DNA of 64,000 nucleotides, taken from NCBI GenBank assembly GCA_044356725.1, contig JBIKVS010000004.1, forward strand, positions 1 to 64,000, in the 5' to 3' direction. Every line of letters begins with the position of its first letter. The stretch's first letter is position 1. The notes beneath the pieces were generated by a model, which was not told the DNA's origin, ran no database searches, and worked only from the letters and a program-made list of their open reading frames with translations. Position numbers and translations under genes: made by a program. Below are positions 47,627 through 58,113 of the stretch, in pieces. The stretch is from Minisyncoccia bacterium. GTDB taxonomy: Bacteria > Patescibacteriota > Minisyncoccia > SW-4-49-11.

Positions 47627-48583
47627 TTATCTGAATATATCTCTAAAGAAATCTTTAAGAGGATTTGTAATTACTGTTTCACCAGGAGCTCCAATTGCTC
47701 GGTTAATATCACTATGATTATACTTACTTCCATCTACTACCGAAACATCCACATTCACAGAACGTAGTTTATCTATGAAGGCCAATGTATTAGCTGTTTT
47801 AGTAGTGGTCCCACGTTTTGCTATAAAAAACTTTGGGTAAGAAGTCCCTGGAAACAGATTATTAATTGGTGATGCTTCAAATAATACTGCTGGATCAGTT
47901 CCAAATGCATTTTTATATAAATCCAACTCAGCTTCTTCCACTCTTTGTGAAATGTCATATCCTTCTGTATCAATAGAAGCTACTCCCTTTATAGCGTCGA
48001 GTGGAATATCTCTTTGAGGTAAAAATTGCTTACTTGTACCGGACAAACTAACTAAGTGGCCTCCAGCACTATGTCCTAGTAAAGCAATTTTTTTATTATT
48101 TCCTCCATAAGTACTAATGTTTTCATACGTCCATTTAATAGCATCAGCTACATCATTATTATGGGTAGGGTACATTACTCGATTTGGATCAGTATCCCCT
48201 GAATTAGTGCTAAGTCGATAATTAATACTTACAAGTATATACCCCTCTTCAGCAGTAAGATTTAGTTTATTATTTAATCCATTAGACTTGTCGCCAGCTC
48301 TCCAGCCACCTCCATGTACCCAAATAACTACAGGTGATTTTTTGGCTACATTATTAAAATGGTATATATCTAAACTTAATAAGTTTGGATCAACATTTTC
48401 TATAGTTTTATATTCTCGTGTCACCTTTTTGTAAATATCAGGAACTGTAGTGATATAAGTTGGGATAACAATATTTTTTGAATTTACAAGAAAAAATATA
48501 AGAAGGACTATTATTATTGACAATGATATATAATATATATTTCTATTTTTTTTTGCATACTTTGCATACATAATTACATACAT
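47627..48583 (-). CDS. Alpha/beta hydrolase (HSL-like carboxylesterase), N-terminal anchor
   Basis: VHGGGW oxyanion motif, SINYRL, GHSAGG nucleophile elbow. Confidence 0.88.
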   Translation of the reverse strand: MYVIMYAKYAKKNRNIYYISLSIIIVLLIFFLVNSKNIVIPTYITTVPDIYKKVTREYKTIENVDPNLLSLDIYHFNNVAKKSPVVIWVHGGGWRAGDKSNGLNNKLNLTAEEGYILVSINYRLSTNSGDTDPNRVMYPTHNNDVADAIKWTYENISTYGGNNKKIALLGHSAGGHLVSLSGTSKQFLPQRDIPLDAIKGVASIDTEGYDISQRVEEAELDLYKNAFGTDPAVLFEASPINNLFPGTSYPKFFIAKRGTTTKTANTLAFIDKLRSVNVDVSVVDGSKYNHSDINRAIGAPGETVITNPLKDFFRDIFR

Positions 48584-48600
48584 TATTCATATAACAGTTG

Positions 48601-48682
48601 TGCCGAGGAGAGGACTCGAACCTCCACATCATAAGATACATGCTCCTAAGGCATGCGTGTCTACCAATTCCACCACCTCGGC
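48601..48682 (-). tRNA. tRNA-Leu(TAG)
   Basis: Reverse complement GCCGAGG...CATGC-CTTAGGA-GCATG...CCTCGGCA. Confidence 0.92.
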
Positions 48683-48826
48683 TTATGTTATACATTGTAC
48701 TATATATTGACATTTTGTCAATTATGTGCTATAATTTTTCCCATCTCTCAAATATAAGACCTATTTTATATTTGTCTACACTGTTTTTGGCTGAATTTTG
48801 GGAGAGGTTATCAGTTGTCCTAGTTA

Positions 48827-49387
48827 ATGGATATATTATATATAATTTTGGCTGCAGTTATTGGAATTACGGGAGTTCTTCCAAGCAATACTCAGCCCGC
48901 GGTTGCAAGTTCATTTGATTTAGAAGTGACCAACTCAGTTATCAATGGAGTTAATCCCGTTGAAACTATCATAACCCCTAAACCTGAGCCTGAAAAACCT
49001 AAACAAGCTCAAGTTAAACAAGCTACAGTACAAACCAAAACTTCTTTCTATGCTTCAGTAGAAGCCGAATTAAGCAATATTCCAGCACAAGGTTCTTGTT
49101 TTGATTACGTGCCTGAGATGGCCGCTAAATATGGAGTAGATGCTGACTTGATGACTAGAATTATCAAGGCTGAATCTGGAGGAAATCCTCTTGCTAAGAA
49201 TAAAAACTCTACCGCCTCTGGTTGTGGACAGTTTATTCGAGGTACTTGGGCAGGAACATTGAGACAAATGGGTAGAGAATGGGTAACTCCGTTCGATGCC
49301 AAAACCAATGTCGAGGCTATGGCTTTCAAAATCTCTCGTGGAGGTATTGGAGCTTGGAATGCCAGTAAATCTAAGTGGTCTAAATAA
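48827..49387 (+). CDS. Secreted lytic transglycosylase (SLT/lysozyme-like domain)
   Basis: Signal-like N-terminus, IIKAESGGNPLAKN..STASGCGQF..TW. Confidence 0.85.
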   Translation: MDILYIILAAVIGITGVLPSNTQPAVASSFDLEVTNSVINGVNPVETIITPKPEPEKPKQAQVKQATVQTKTSFYASVEAELSNIPAQGSCFDYVPEMAAKYGVDADLMTRIIKAESGGNPLAKNKNSTASGCGQFIRGTWAGTLRQMGREWVTPFDAKTNVEAMAFKISRGGIGAWNASKSKWSK

Positions 49388-49458
49388 TACTGTTTATTAG
49401 CCACTACCAAAAGCCCTCTTTAATCGGAGAGCTTTTTGGTTTATAGGGAGATTTTCTT

Positions 49459-49620
49459 TGTAGGGGCGAACTTATTAGTCGCCTGTATTTTATCTAAATT
49501 CTAGCAAGCGACTGAGAGGTCACCCCCTCCTAATATCTCTTTTCAAGAGCTAATAGGAGGGACAAAAACCCTACGAATTAAAAATTCACAATTCATAATT
49601 CACCATTCACAATTTATAAT
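49459..49620. repeat. Family C/E mosaic plus heptamer tract
   Basis: GTAGGGGCGAAC..GTCGCC, family E copy, TTCACAATTCATAATTCACCATTCACAATT. Confidence 0.7.
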
Positions 49621-49697
49621 TTTACTTACCTCCTCTTGCAATATAATTCAAATTATGTTATATTTATATCAACTACTAAGATAATATATTTTAAGTT

Positions 49698-49964
49698 ATG
49701 TTAAACTCAGACTCAAAAGGGCAGATTATTAGCAAATTCCAAACACATGAAACTGATAATGGATCAGCTCCAGTTCAGATTGCTTTGATTACAGAAAGAA
49801 TCCTTTATTTAACAGAACATTTGAAGACAAATCGTAAAGATTTTCATTCTAGAAAAGGTTTGATCCAACTAGTTTCTCAAAGAAAAAAACTTTTAGCTTA
49901 TCTTAAAAAAACAGACTTAAGTTTATTTGAAAAAACCGTCAAAGAGCTTGGGCTTAGAGCATAG
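49698..49964 (+). CDS. rpsO: 30S ribosomal protein S15
   Basis: DNGSAPVQIALIT, KDFHSRKGL, RKKLLAYL. Confidence 0.97.
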   Translation: MLNSDSKGQIISKFQTHETDNGSAPVQIALITERILYLTEHLKTNRKDFHSRKGLIQLVSQRKKLLAYLKKTDLSLFEKTVKELGLRA

Positions 49965-49979
49965 ACTCACCCTAATTAT

Positions 49980-52040
49980 ATGAACTTCAAAACATATCAA
50001 ACACAAATAGCAGGACAAAACCTAATAGTAGAAATTGGTAAATTAGCAAAACAGGCTAATGGCTCAGTTATGGTTTCTTTGGGTGAGACCACAGTTTTGG
50101 TCACCGCTGTAATGTCCAGCAAGCCAGTGAGTTCTAATTATTTACCACTATTTGTAGATTATCAAGAGAAGTTTTATGCTAATGGTAAAATCAAGGGCAG
50201 CCGTTTTGTAAAAAGAGAGGGTAAACCTAGCGATGACTCTATCTTGACTGGTAGATTGGTAGATAGAGCAATACGTCCATTTTTTGACCAATCTCTTCGC
50301 AATGAAATACAGGTAGTGGTGACAACTCTTTCTATGGATGATAGTAATGATCCTGATGCAGTAGCTTTGTTTGGAGCTTCGTTGGCACTGTCTATCTCAG
50401 ATATTCCTTGGAATGGTCCGGTAGCTGCTTTAAGAGTAGCAATGGCAGGTGGTCAAATTATCGTCAATCCTTCCTTTGAACAAAGAGAGGCTGGAGATTT
50501 TGATACGATTATAACCTTAAATTCAGATAACAGATTGGTAATGATGGAGTTTGGGGGGCGTCAGATTCCAGAAAGTACTATTTTAGATGCGTTTACTCAA
50601 GTTGCTCCTGAAATCAATAAGATGATTCAATTTCAAAATAGTATTGTCTTAGAGATAGGAATGGAAAAACAAGATTTAATAAAATCTGAGTCTAATATAG
50701 AAATCGTTGAAGGGATTAAAAATATTATCCAGGGTAGATTGGATTCTGCAATATACGGCGATTCTATTTCGACCAAACAAGCACATCATCAATTATTGAC
50801 CGAATTAAATCAATCATATCCAGAGTATAGAGATTTAGTAGAACATACTCTAGACAAAGAATTAAACAGAGTTTTTAAAGAAAAACTATTAGAGCAAGAG
50901 TTAAGACCAGATGGTAGGGCATTAAATCAAATTCGTGAATTAAGTTCAGAAATAGATATTTTACCTAGGGTTCATGGTACAGGGTTATTTAATAGAGGTG
51001 CTACTCAGACTTTATCGGTGTTGACTTTAGGTTCTCCCGGAGAAGCTCAAATTATAGATGAGATGAAAGATGAAATCAAAAAAAGATTTATGCATCATTA
51101 TAATTTTCCTCCTTTCTCAGTGGGTGAAGTTGGGCAATTAAGGGGTCCAGGAAGAAGAGAAATAGGGCATGGAGCTTTGGCTGAGAAAGCTTTAGAAGGA
51201 GTCTTGCCACCTGTGGAAGATTTTCCATATACAATTAGAATTGTCACAGAAGTCTTAGGGTCTAATGGGTCATCTTCTATGGCCAGTGTTTGTTCATCAA
51301 CCTTAGCATTGTTAGCAGCAGGAGTTCCTATAATGGCACCAGTAGCTGGAATCGCTATGGGGATAGTAGAACAAGATGGTAAATATAAAATCTTAACAGA
51401 TATTCAGGGATTAGAAGATCACTTTGGTGAGATGGACTTCAAGGTGGCTGGTACACATAATGGTGTCAACGCAATCCAGATGGATATCAAAGGACAAGGA
51501 ATGTCAAAAGAAATGTTTGTTGAAGCTCTAGAAGCTGCTAAAAAAGCTAGATTTACTATTCTTGACAATCTATCTCAAACTATATCAGAAGTTAGAACAG
51601 AAGTTTCTCAATATGCTCCTAAGATTGATACATTTACAATTAACCCTACTAAAATTAGAGATGTAATTGGAGCGGGGGGTAAGACAATTAATGCTATAAT
51701 AGAAGCAACAGGAGTAAAAATAGATATAGAAGATGATGGAAAAGTCTTTATAACAGGAGAAGATTTATCTAAAGTAATTCAAGCTAAGGATAAGATTTTA
51801 GATTTAGTATATGTGCCTAAAGAAGGAGATGTATTCGATGGTAAAGTAGTTAAAATAATGCCTTTTGGAGCTTTTGTAAATATCAAAAATGGAATAGATG
51901 GACTTATTCACATTTCTGAACTTTCAGATAAGCATATCAAAATGGTAGAAGATGTGATACAATTAAATCAAAGCATTAGGGTGAAAATCAAAAAAGTAGA
52001 TTCAGACGGTAGAATAAGTCTGACACCCTACCTTGAATAA
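49980..52040 (+). CDS. pnp: Polyribonucleotide nucleotidyltransferase (PNPase)
   Basis: LAKQANGS, RREIGHGAL, SNGSSSMAS, MDFKVAGT, KH and S1 domains. Confidence 0.98.
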   Translation: MNFKTYQTQIAGQNLIVEIGKLAKQANGSVMVSLGETTVLVTAVMSSKPVSSNYLPLFVDYQEKFYANGKIKGSRFVKREGKPSDDSILTGRLVDRAIRPFFDQSLRNEIQVVVTTLSMDDSNDPDAVALFGASLALSISDIPWNGPVAALRVAMAGGQIIVNPSFEQREAGDFDTIITLNSDNRLVMMEFGGRQIPESTILDAFTQVAPEINKMIQFQNSIVLEIGMEKQDLIKSESNIEIVEGIKNIIQGRLDSAIYGDSISTKQAHHQLLTELNQSYPEYRDLVEHTLDKELNRVFKEKLLEQELRPDGRALNQIRELSSEIDILPRVHGTGLFNRGATQTLSVLTLGSPGEAQIIDEMKDEIKKRFMHHYNFPPFSVGEVGQLRGPGRREIGHGALAEKALEGVLPPVEDFPYTIRIVTEVLGSNGSSSMASVCSSTLALLAAGVPIMAPVAGIAMGIVEQDGKYKILTDIQGLEDHFGEMDFKVAGTHNGVNAIQMDIKGQGMSKEMFVEALEAAKKARFTILDNLSQTISEVRTEVSQYAPKIDTFTINPTKIRDVIGAGGKTINAIIEATGVKIDIEDDGKVFITGEDLSKVIQAKDKILDLVYVPKEGDVFDGKVVKIMPFGAFVNIKNGIDGLIHISELSDKHIKMVEDVIQLNQSIRVKIKKVDSDGRISLTPYLE

Positions 52041-52067
52041 TTATTAAATATATAAATTATAAAAACT

Positions 52068-53423
52068 ATGGCAGATCAAAATCAAAATCCACAAACTCAA
52101 ATTCCAGGAACTCTAAGAACACTCAAAACCGACTTGGAATTAAATAAGTTGAATCCTCAAGACAGATTACAGCAAGCTGGTAATTTTGTGCAAGCAAGAC
52201 CAGAAATTAGTAATAATTTAGGTGCTTTAAATACATCAGATGCTCCTCTTAGTGATATAAATACACCCCCAAACACTCCTGCACAAGAACCTAAAGCAGA
52301 AAATCAAAAGAAGGACATTCCAGCAGTTAAGCCTGAAACGAATCCACAGCCTAATTATACATGGAGCAATATGAGTGCTCCTTCAAGTCCATCACCAGCT
52401 TTTAATTCTAATAATGTCAGCACTAAACCTAATACTCAAAATCAGCAAGCTCAACCTATGGCAGAATCTAAATCTGGATTCTCAGTTTTAGATGATAGTA
52501 TAGATTTACCTTTAGATAGTAATTCATCAACAAAGTCTCAAGCTCCAAATCCAATTAATTTTGATACAACACCTAAAACACCTGCAACAACGCCAAATAT
52601 AGATGCTAATAATCAAAACAATCAATTTGATATCAACAGTCTTAATTTACAAGATGACGTAAAAGATGTTAATTCTAAAAAATCATCAGCTAAGGGATTA
52701 TCCCCACTCTTAATAGTAATTTTATTATTAGGATTAATCGGAGGAGGAGTATATTTTTATTTTAATATTTATTCTAATGATGTTGTTACAGATGTAGCTA
52801 CCGATATGGATACGAATACTGATAACACTAATCCAACAAATGAGCCAACAGAAACAGATAATACAACACCAATTGCAACCTTTAACTCACCTTTAATTCC
52901 AAATTCCACCTTAGACATAGCTTTTGTTGACTCAGAGCCGATTCGTAGAACTATTACAACAGCAATAGCAGATAAATCGGATACTTTAATAGAATTAAAC
53001 CTAATAAAAGATAATAGTCCTGTAAGTCTAATAGATATTGCTGATATAATGGGGATAACTATTCCATCAATTGGAACAATAGAAAACTATAAATTTTATG
53101 CCTATAATCAACAAGGAGTTTATAAATTAGTAGCAGTACTGGGATTAGTTGAAGATCAAGAGGCTAAGACCTTTGTAGAAAATTGGTCTAGTGCCATTCC
53201 TCGTGATTTAGCAGGATTTTCAATTAACCTTCCTTCTAGAATAGTAAACTCTCCTGAAATTAAAAAATCTACTATTACTAATAATTCTGGCAAAGTCTTT
53301 GATAATTATTATTACAATTATACTTCATCTACAGACTCAATAGATGTGTCAAGTTATGAAAACTTTGTTTTAATAGCCTCTTCTCAAGATTCAATGAAAT
53401 ATGTCTTAGAACAAATTCGATAA
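52068..53423 (+). CDS. Single-pass membrane protein with long disordered N-terminal region
   Basis: LRTLKTDL start motif, P/N/Q-rich tract, one TM helix, C-terminal domain. Confidence 0.75.
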   Translation: MADQNQNPQTQIPGTLRTLKTDLELNKLNPQDRLQQAGNFVQARPEISNNLGALNTSDAPLSDINTPPNTPAQEPKAENQKKDIPAVKPETNPQPNYTWSNMSAPSSPSPAFNSNNVSTKPNTQNQQAQPMAESKSGFSVLDDSIDLPLDSNSSTKSQAPNPINFDTTPKTPATTPNIDANNQNNQFDINSLNLQDDVKDVNSKKSSAKGLSPLLIVILLLGLIGGGVYFYFNIYSNDVVTDVATDMDTNTDNTNPTNEPTETDNTTPIATFNSPLIPNSTLDIAFVDSEPIRRTITTAIADKSDTLIELNLIKDNSPVSLIDIADIMGITIPSIGTIENYKFYAYNQQGVYKLVAVLGLVEDQEAKTFVENWSSAIPRDLAGFSINLPSRIVNSPEIKKSTITNNSGKVFDNYYYNYTSSTDSIDVSSYENFVLIASSQDSMKYVLEQIR

Positions 53424-53448
53424 ATTGTGGATAACTTCTCTAGTATAC

Positions 53449-53810
53449 ATGTCCTTACTTTGATAAAATATAAGAGTAAGGACATCAGAGTAATCATACA
53501 ATCACAAGTATAAAATTTTAATAAAGATATAAAAATACTTGTGGTTGAATTCTTGCTCTAATCTTTACAATCATAAACATAAACTCAAACTAATAATCGT
53601 TTAAGTAAAATATAAACAAAGTAATATTCATCAAAATTGCACCTTTGGTAAAAATAAAAAGGCGTCAGCCAAAGATTAGATGAGGATATCTACTTTCTGG
53701 CAATCTCGAAATATATAAAGAGTTTGTCAGAAATAGAGCAAAATAAAGTACTCTTACCCCCCTTTACACTAACAGAGTCAAGAAGGAGAAGGAAGGGTAT
53801 TTTATTTTTA
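53449..53810 (+). ncRNA. Candidate structured non-coding RNA (consecutive long hairpins)
   Basis: Stems ATGTCCTTACT/AGTAAGGACAT, AATCACAAGTAT/ATACTTGTGGTT, TTTCTGGCAA/TTGTCAGAAA, TACTCTT/AAGGGTA; mismatches read as G-U on the plus strand. Confidence 0.4.
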
Positions 53811-53931
53811 TATTCACCAATATATAGGTATACAGTTTGCAGTAAAATGATTTGAGATAAATAGGTATTGACAAAATTAGTAGTATATAATATAATTAGG
53901 TTTATATTATGTATATAGAGTTGTATAATTT

Positions 53932-54165
53932 ATGCCCGAAAGTCAAGATTTGAACTCAAAGAACCTCCTCATTCAAGAAGGTGTAGTCAGTGAAGTCTTG
54001 CCAAACACAACCTTCCGTGTTATATTAGAGAATAATTCAGAGGTTTTAGCTCATCTCTCTGGTAAAATGCGTATGCATTATATCAAAGTTTTGCCGGGAG
54101 ATAAAGTTACGGTTGAGTTAAGTGCTTATAATTTGACACAGGGTAGAATTACTAGGAGAAATTAA
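53932..54165 (+). CDS. infA: Translation initiation factor IF-1
   Basis: [30 protein letters not shown]. Confidence 0.97.
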   Translation: MPESQDLNSKNLLIQEGVVSEVLPNTTFRVILENNSEVLAHLSGKMRMHYIKVLPGDKVTVELSAYNLTQGRITRRN

Positions 54166-54173
54166 GATACTAT

Positions 54174-54290
54174 ATGAAAGTTCAAGCTTCAGTTAAGAAA
54201 AGATGTATTAAGTGTAAGGTTATTAAGCGAAAGCGAGTAATTCGTGTTATTTGTGAAGCTAATCCGCGTCACAAGCAAAGACAAGGATAA
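54174..54290 (+). CDS. rpmJ: 50S ribosomal protein L36 (below ORF-track cutoff)
   Basis: [38 protein letters not shown]. Confidence 0.97.
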   Translation: MKVQASVKKRCIKCKVIKRKRVIRVICEANPRHKQRQG

Positions 54291-54308
54291 TATAAGATAT
54301 ATTAAATT

Positions 54309-54692
54309 ATGGTAAGAATTGCAGGAGTTGTCATCCCAGATTATAAAAATGTTGAAATAGCTTTAACTTATATTTATGGTGTTGGTCTTACTCGTTCTAA
54401 AAAAGTATTAGCTATTACAGGAATTGATCCTTATAAAAAGGCAAAAGAGCTAGATGAAAAAGAAATAGCTTTACTAAAAGAATGTATTGAGAAAAATTAT
54501 AAAATTGAAGGAGATCTTAGAAGAGAGGTTGCTAATAATATCAAGAGATTAAAAGATATTAATTCATATCGTGGAAGTCGTCACTCCAAAAAACTACCTA
54601 TAAAGGGTAGAACTAAAACTAACTCTAGAACTATTAGAGGTAATGTGGTCCGAACTATGGGAAGTGGACGACGAAAAGTTGAGAAGACATAA
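54309..54692 (+). CDS. rpsM: 30S ribosomal protein S13
   Basis: RIAGV, ALTYIYGVG, EGDLRR, YRGSRH. Confidence 0.98.
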   Translation: MVRIAGVVIPDYKNVEIALTYIYGVGLTRSKKVLAITGIDPYKKAKELDEKEIALLKECIEKNYKIEGDLRREVANNIKRLKDINSYRGSRHSKKLPIKGRTKTNSRTIRGNVVRTMGSGRRKVEKT

Positions 54693-54719
54693 TCATTAAG
54701 TAATTAAGGAAACTTTTAT

Positions 54720-55148
54720 ATGGGAAAGAAGCGTGTAGCACAAAAAGGAGATTCAGTATCTTCATTGAAAATGGGAGTAAAAGAGACTTCTTCAAAAAAG
54801 AAGGTAGTAAGAGGTACTGCTTTTATTGTTTCTACCTACAATAATACTATGGTCTCTTTAGCTGACTTATCTGGAAATATACTAGCTTGGTCATCCTCAG
54901 GATCTCTTGGGTTTAAAGGAGCTAAAAAAGCTACTCCTTATGCGGCAACTATGGTAGCTAAAACTGTTGTAGAAAAAGTCAAAAAAACTGGTCTACAAGA
55001 GATTAAAGTTATTATTAAGGGTGTTGGTCCAGGTAGAGAAGCTTCAATTAGAGGTTTGGCAGGAGCAGGGCTTAATATTATGTCTATTAAAGATTTAACT
55101 CCTGTTCCACATAATGGAGTTCGTCCTCGCAAACCAAGAAGAGTATAA
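54720..55148 (+). CDS. rpsK: 30S ribosomal protein S11
   Basis: STYNNT, GFKGAKKATPYAA, TPVPHNGVRP. Confidence 0.98.
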   Translation: MGKKRVAQKGDSVSSLKMGVKETSSKKKVVRGTAFIVSTYNNTMVSLADLSGNILAWSSSGSLGFKGAKKATPYAATMVAKTVVEKVKKTGLQEIKVIIKGVGPGREASIRGLAGAGLNIMSIKDLTPVPHNGVRPRKPRRV

Positions 55149-55165
55149 TAGATTTATAAGAGTAT

Positions 55166-55765
55166 ATGTATAGTCGTAAGAAAGTTAAAATTTGTAGAAA
55201 ATTTGGAGAGAGAATCTTTTCAGAGGTTAAAATTACTGATGAAAAGTTAGCGAAGGCTCCTGGAGTTCATGGAGCAAAGAGACGTCGTTCAGCTTCTGAA
55301 TTTGGTAAGCAACTTCAAGAAAAGCAAAAAGTTAAGTATGTATATGGTCTTCGTGAGAAACAATTCCGACGATTTTATGAAAAAGCTTTGGCTGATGCTG
55401 AGCCAACCCCAACAGCTTTATTGAGAATTCTAGAAACAAGACTAGATAATGTTGTCTATAGAGCTACTATGGCATATACTAGAGAACAAGCTAGACAAAT
55501 GATTTCTCATGGACATATTTTAGTTAATGGTAAAAAAGTTACTATTCCTAGCTTTATGGTTAAGCCAGGGGATGTAATTACATATTCAGCTACTAAATCT
55601 AAATTGGTTGCTGAATACAAAGATAAGTTAAAAGATTCAGACCTTCCTTCTTGGCTAACTTTAGACAAGAAAAATCAAACTGTCGAAGTAGCTCACACTC
55701 CTGGAGTGGAGGAATTGAGTCAAAACTTCAACATTGCTCTAGTGATTCAGTATTATTCCCGATAA
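55166..55765 (+). CDS. rpsD: 30S ribosomal protein S4
   Basis: QLQEKQK, LETRLDNVVYR, ARQMISHGH, YYSR. Confidence 0.98.
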   Translation: MYSRKKVKICRKFGERIFSEVKITDEKLAKAPGVHGAKRRRSASEFGKQLQEKQKVKYVYGLREKQFRRFYEKALADAEPTPTALLRILETRLDNVVYRATMAYTREQARQMISHGHILVNGKKVTIPSFMVKPGDVITYSATKSKLVAEYKDKLKDSDLPSWLTLDKKNQTVEVAHTPGVEELSQNFNIALVIQYYSR

Positions 55766-55783
55766 TAATAATCAAATACTCTT

Positions 55784-56713
55784 ATGTCTAATTATATCAT
55801 TCTTCCAAAAGCACCTGTACTAGTACAAGAAATTAGTTCTTCTCAAGCTATATATGCTATTGAGCCACTTAACCCAGGATACGGAGTTACTATTGCTAAT
55901 TCTCTAAGAAGAGTTATGTTGTCTTCATTAGAAGGAGTTGCAGTTACTAGATATAGTATTAAGGGAGTAAGTCATGAATTTACTACTATCCCTAATGTTC
56001 TGGAAGATATTCTAGATATTACCCTTAATATTAAGGCTTTAAGATTTGATGCTGTTATAGATTCTCCAACTCTATTAACTCTAAAAGCACAAGGTTCTAA
56101 AGTTGTTACAGGAGCAGACTTAAAATTACCTGGAGGAGTAACTGTAGTGAATCCTGAGACACCTATTCTAACTTTGACTAGCAAAGATGCTAAAATTGAA
56201 ATGGAATTAATTATTGAGAAAGGATTTGGATTTAGAAAGGATATAGAGCAAAATTTACAAGGAGAAGTTGGAATTATTGCTGTAGATTCAATTTTTACTC
56301 CAGTGACTAAAGTTTCTTATGATGTAGAAGATACTCGAGTAGGAGATAAGACTAATTATAATAGGGTAGTTTTCAATATTAAAACTGATGGTACAATTAC
56401 TCCATTAGAAGTAATTCAGAAATCTGCTACTATTTTGGTCGAACAATTTAATGCCTTGACTGTGGAAGGAGCTAAAATCGAGGAGGTTAAAGAAGAAAAA
56501 CCAGCTCTAGATATTGAAACTTCAAGTATTAAGATTGCAACTCTAGACTTATCTCAGAGAACTATTAAAGCTCTTGAGACTTCTGGAATCAAGAACATTG
56601 CTCAATTAGCACAATTTACACAAGAAGATTTATTAGCTATCAAAGGAGTCTCAACCAGTGCTGTCAAAAAATTGGCAGACCAAATAGCTCAATATGGTAT
56701 CACTCTTGCATAA
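55784..56713 (+). CDS. rpoA: RNA polymerase alpha subunit
   Basis: EPLNPGYGVTIANSLRRVMLSS, HEFTTI, DSIFTPV, TRVG. Confidence 0.98.
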   Translation: MSNYIILPKAPVLVQEISSSQAIYAIEPLNPGYGVTIANSLRRVMLSSLEGVAVTRYSIKGVSHEFTTIPNVLEDILDITLNIKALRFDAVIDSPTLLTLKAQGSKVVTGADLKLPGGVTVVNPETPILTLTSKDAKIEMELIIEKGFGFRKDIEQNLQGEVGIIAVDSIFTPVTKVSYDVEDTRVGDKTNYNRVVFNIKTDGTITPLEVIQKSATILVEQFNALTVEGAKIEEVKEEKPALDIETSSIKIATLDLSQRTIKALETSGIKNIAQLAQFTQEDLLAIKGVSTSAVKKLADQIAQYGITLA

Positions 56714-56761
56714 ATAGCAAAAATAAGGTATAATGCAAAACATTAACAGGATCACACGATT

Positions 56762-57112
56762 ATGAATAAGGGAAATAAGTTACATAAGATTGGAAGAAAT
56801 AGAGAGCAAAGAAAAGCGCTTTTGCGAAGTCTTTCTAATGATTTAATTACTCGTGGTTCTATTACCACTACAGAAGCTAAAGCTAAAGCTTTAAAACCTT
56901 TTGTAGAAAGAATGGTGACTCATGCGAAGACAGGTTCTCTATCTTCTAGAAGATATGTGCTTAGATTTTTGACTCAAGGAGCTACTCATAAGTTGTTTGA
57001 TGAAATTGCACCTAATTATGCAGATAGAGTAGGTGGATATACTAGAATTATTAAAGCTCCTATTAGACAAAGTGATGTTAGTAAAATGGCTATCATTGAA
57101 TTAGTTAAGTAA
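56762..57112 (+). CDS. rplQ: 50S ribosomal protein L17
   Basis: ITTTEAKAK, RVGGYTRIIK, MAIIELV. Confidence 0.97.
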   Translation: MNKGNKLHKIGRNREQRKALLRSLSNDLITRGSITTTEAKAKALKPFVERMVTHAKTGSLSSRRYVLRFLTQGATHKLFDEIAPNYADRVGGYTRIIKAPIRQSDVSKMAIIELVK

Positions 57113-57118
57113 TATAAT

Positions 57119-57484
57119 ATGCAGAGAGAAATTATTACCATTGATGCAGATAATAAAAGATTAGGGACTCTTGCTACGGAGGTAGCTACTCTTTTGATGG
57201 GAAAAAACACAGCCAACTTTGAATATCATGTAGATGGGGGAGCTAAAGTTATTGTCTATAACACTAACAAATTATCCATTCATCCTAATAAACTAGGATC
57301 TAAAACATATTATAGACATACAGGTTATCCAGGAGGAATTAAGTCAATAACTGCAGATAAGCAGATGGCTAAAGATTCAACTGAGGTTTTGAGAAAAGCT
57401 GTATATGGTATGCTTCCAAAAAATCGATTAAGAGCTAAAATGTTAGCTAGATTGGTATTACATAAGAATGATATAACTAAATAA
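57119..57484 (+). CDS. rplM: 50S ribosomal protein L13
   Basis: LG.LA..VA.LLMGK, YYRHTGYPGG, AVYGMLPKN. Confidence 0.97.
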   Translation: MQREIITIDADNKRLGTLATEVATLLMGKNTANFEYHVDGGAKVIVYNTNKLSIHPNKLGSKTYYRHTGYPGGIKSITADKQMAKDSTEVLRKAVYGMLPKNRLRAKMLARLVLHKNDITK

Positions 57485-57487
57485 TTT

Positions 57488-57907
57488 ATGGCCACAACTA
57501 CTACAACCAAAGCAAGTCATTATTATGAAGGAGTAGGACGAAGAAAAGCTGCTACTGCTAGAGTAAGAGTAACCTTATCTCGTAAAAAAGAACATAGTAT
57601 TATAGTTAATGATAAATCTCTTCAAGAATATTTTGATTTAAGTGATCATCAAAATAATGTAATTAAGCCTTTATCTGTTTTAGGAGTAGAAAACTTTGAT
57701 ATTACAGTAAAAGTTACCGGAGGTGGTGTTACTGGACAAGCTGATGCTATACAATTAGGATTAGCTAGAGCTTTAGTTAAGTATGATGAGAATTTGAAAA
57801 AGCAACTTAAAGACAATAACTATCTAACTCGTGATCCAAGAGGTAAGGAAAGAAAGAAACCAGGACTCAAAAAAGCAAGAAAGTCTCCACAGTGGGCAAA
57901 AAGATAA
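57488..57907 (+). CDS. rpsI: 30S ribosomal protein S9
   Basis: GRRKAA.ARV, GGG.TGQA.AI, LTRDPR..ERKKPG, PQWAKR. Confidence 0.98.
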   Translation: MATTTTTKASHYYEGVGRRKAATARVRVTLSRKKEHSIIVNDKSLQEYFDLSDHQNNVIKPLSVLGVENFDITVKVTGGGVTGQADAIQLGLARALVKYDENLKKQLKDNNYLTRDPRGKERKKPGLKKARKSPQWAKR

Positions 57908-57916
57908 ATTATACTG

Positions 57917-57947
57917 CAAAAAAGAGGGAATATTACCCTCTTTTTTG
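57917..57947 (+). terminator. Intrinsic terminator after rpsI
   Basis: AAAAAAGAGGG-AATATTA-CCCTCTTTTTT. Confidence 0.8.
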
Positions 57948-58011
57948 TTTATCCAATAATTAAAAATGTGTATAGGGCGATGGATCTTAGATAAAGCAAT
58001 AAATAATTAAT

Positions 58012-58072
58012 TGTCCTCCTTTCTACCTACGGCAGATAAATGGAGGAGGTGGCACGAAGTGCCGGTGGTGGA
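58012..58072. repeat. Family A element with nested insert
   Basis: TGTCCTCCTTT[CTACCTACGGCAGATAAAT]GGAGGAGGTGGCACGAAGTGCCGGTGGTGGA; uninterrupted version at about 60650-60692. Confidence 0.7.
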
Positions 58073-58113
58073 TAGATTTTAATACTGTAAGTAATTAAAT
58101 AAATTATTGAGGT

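Noticed and set aside
53449-53820. RNase P RNA or tmRNA
   Set aside because: No GAGGAAAGTCC core and no tRNA-Ala-like termini with a T-loop
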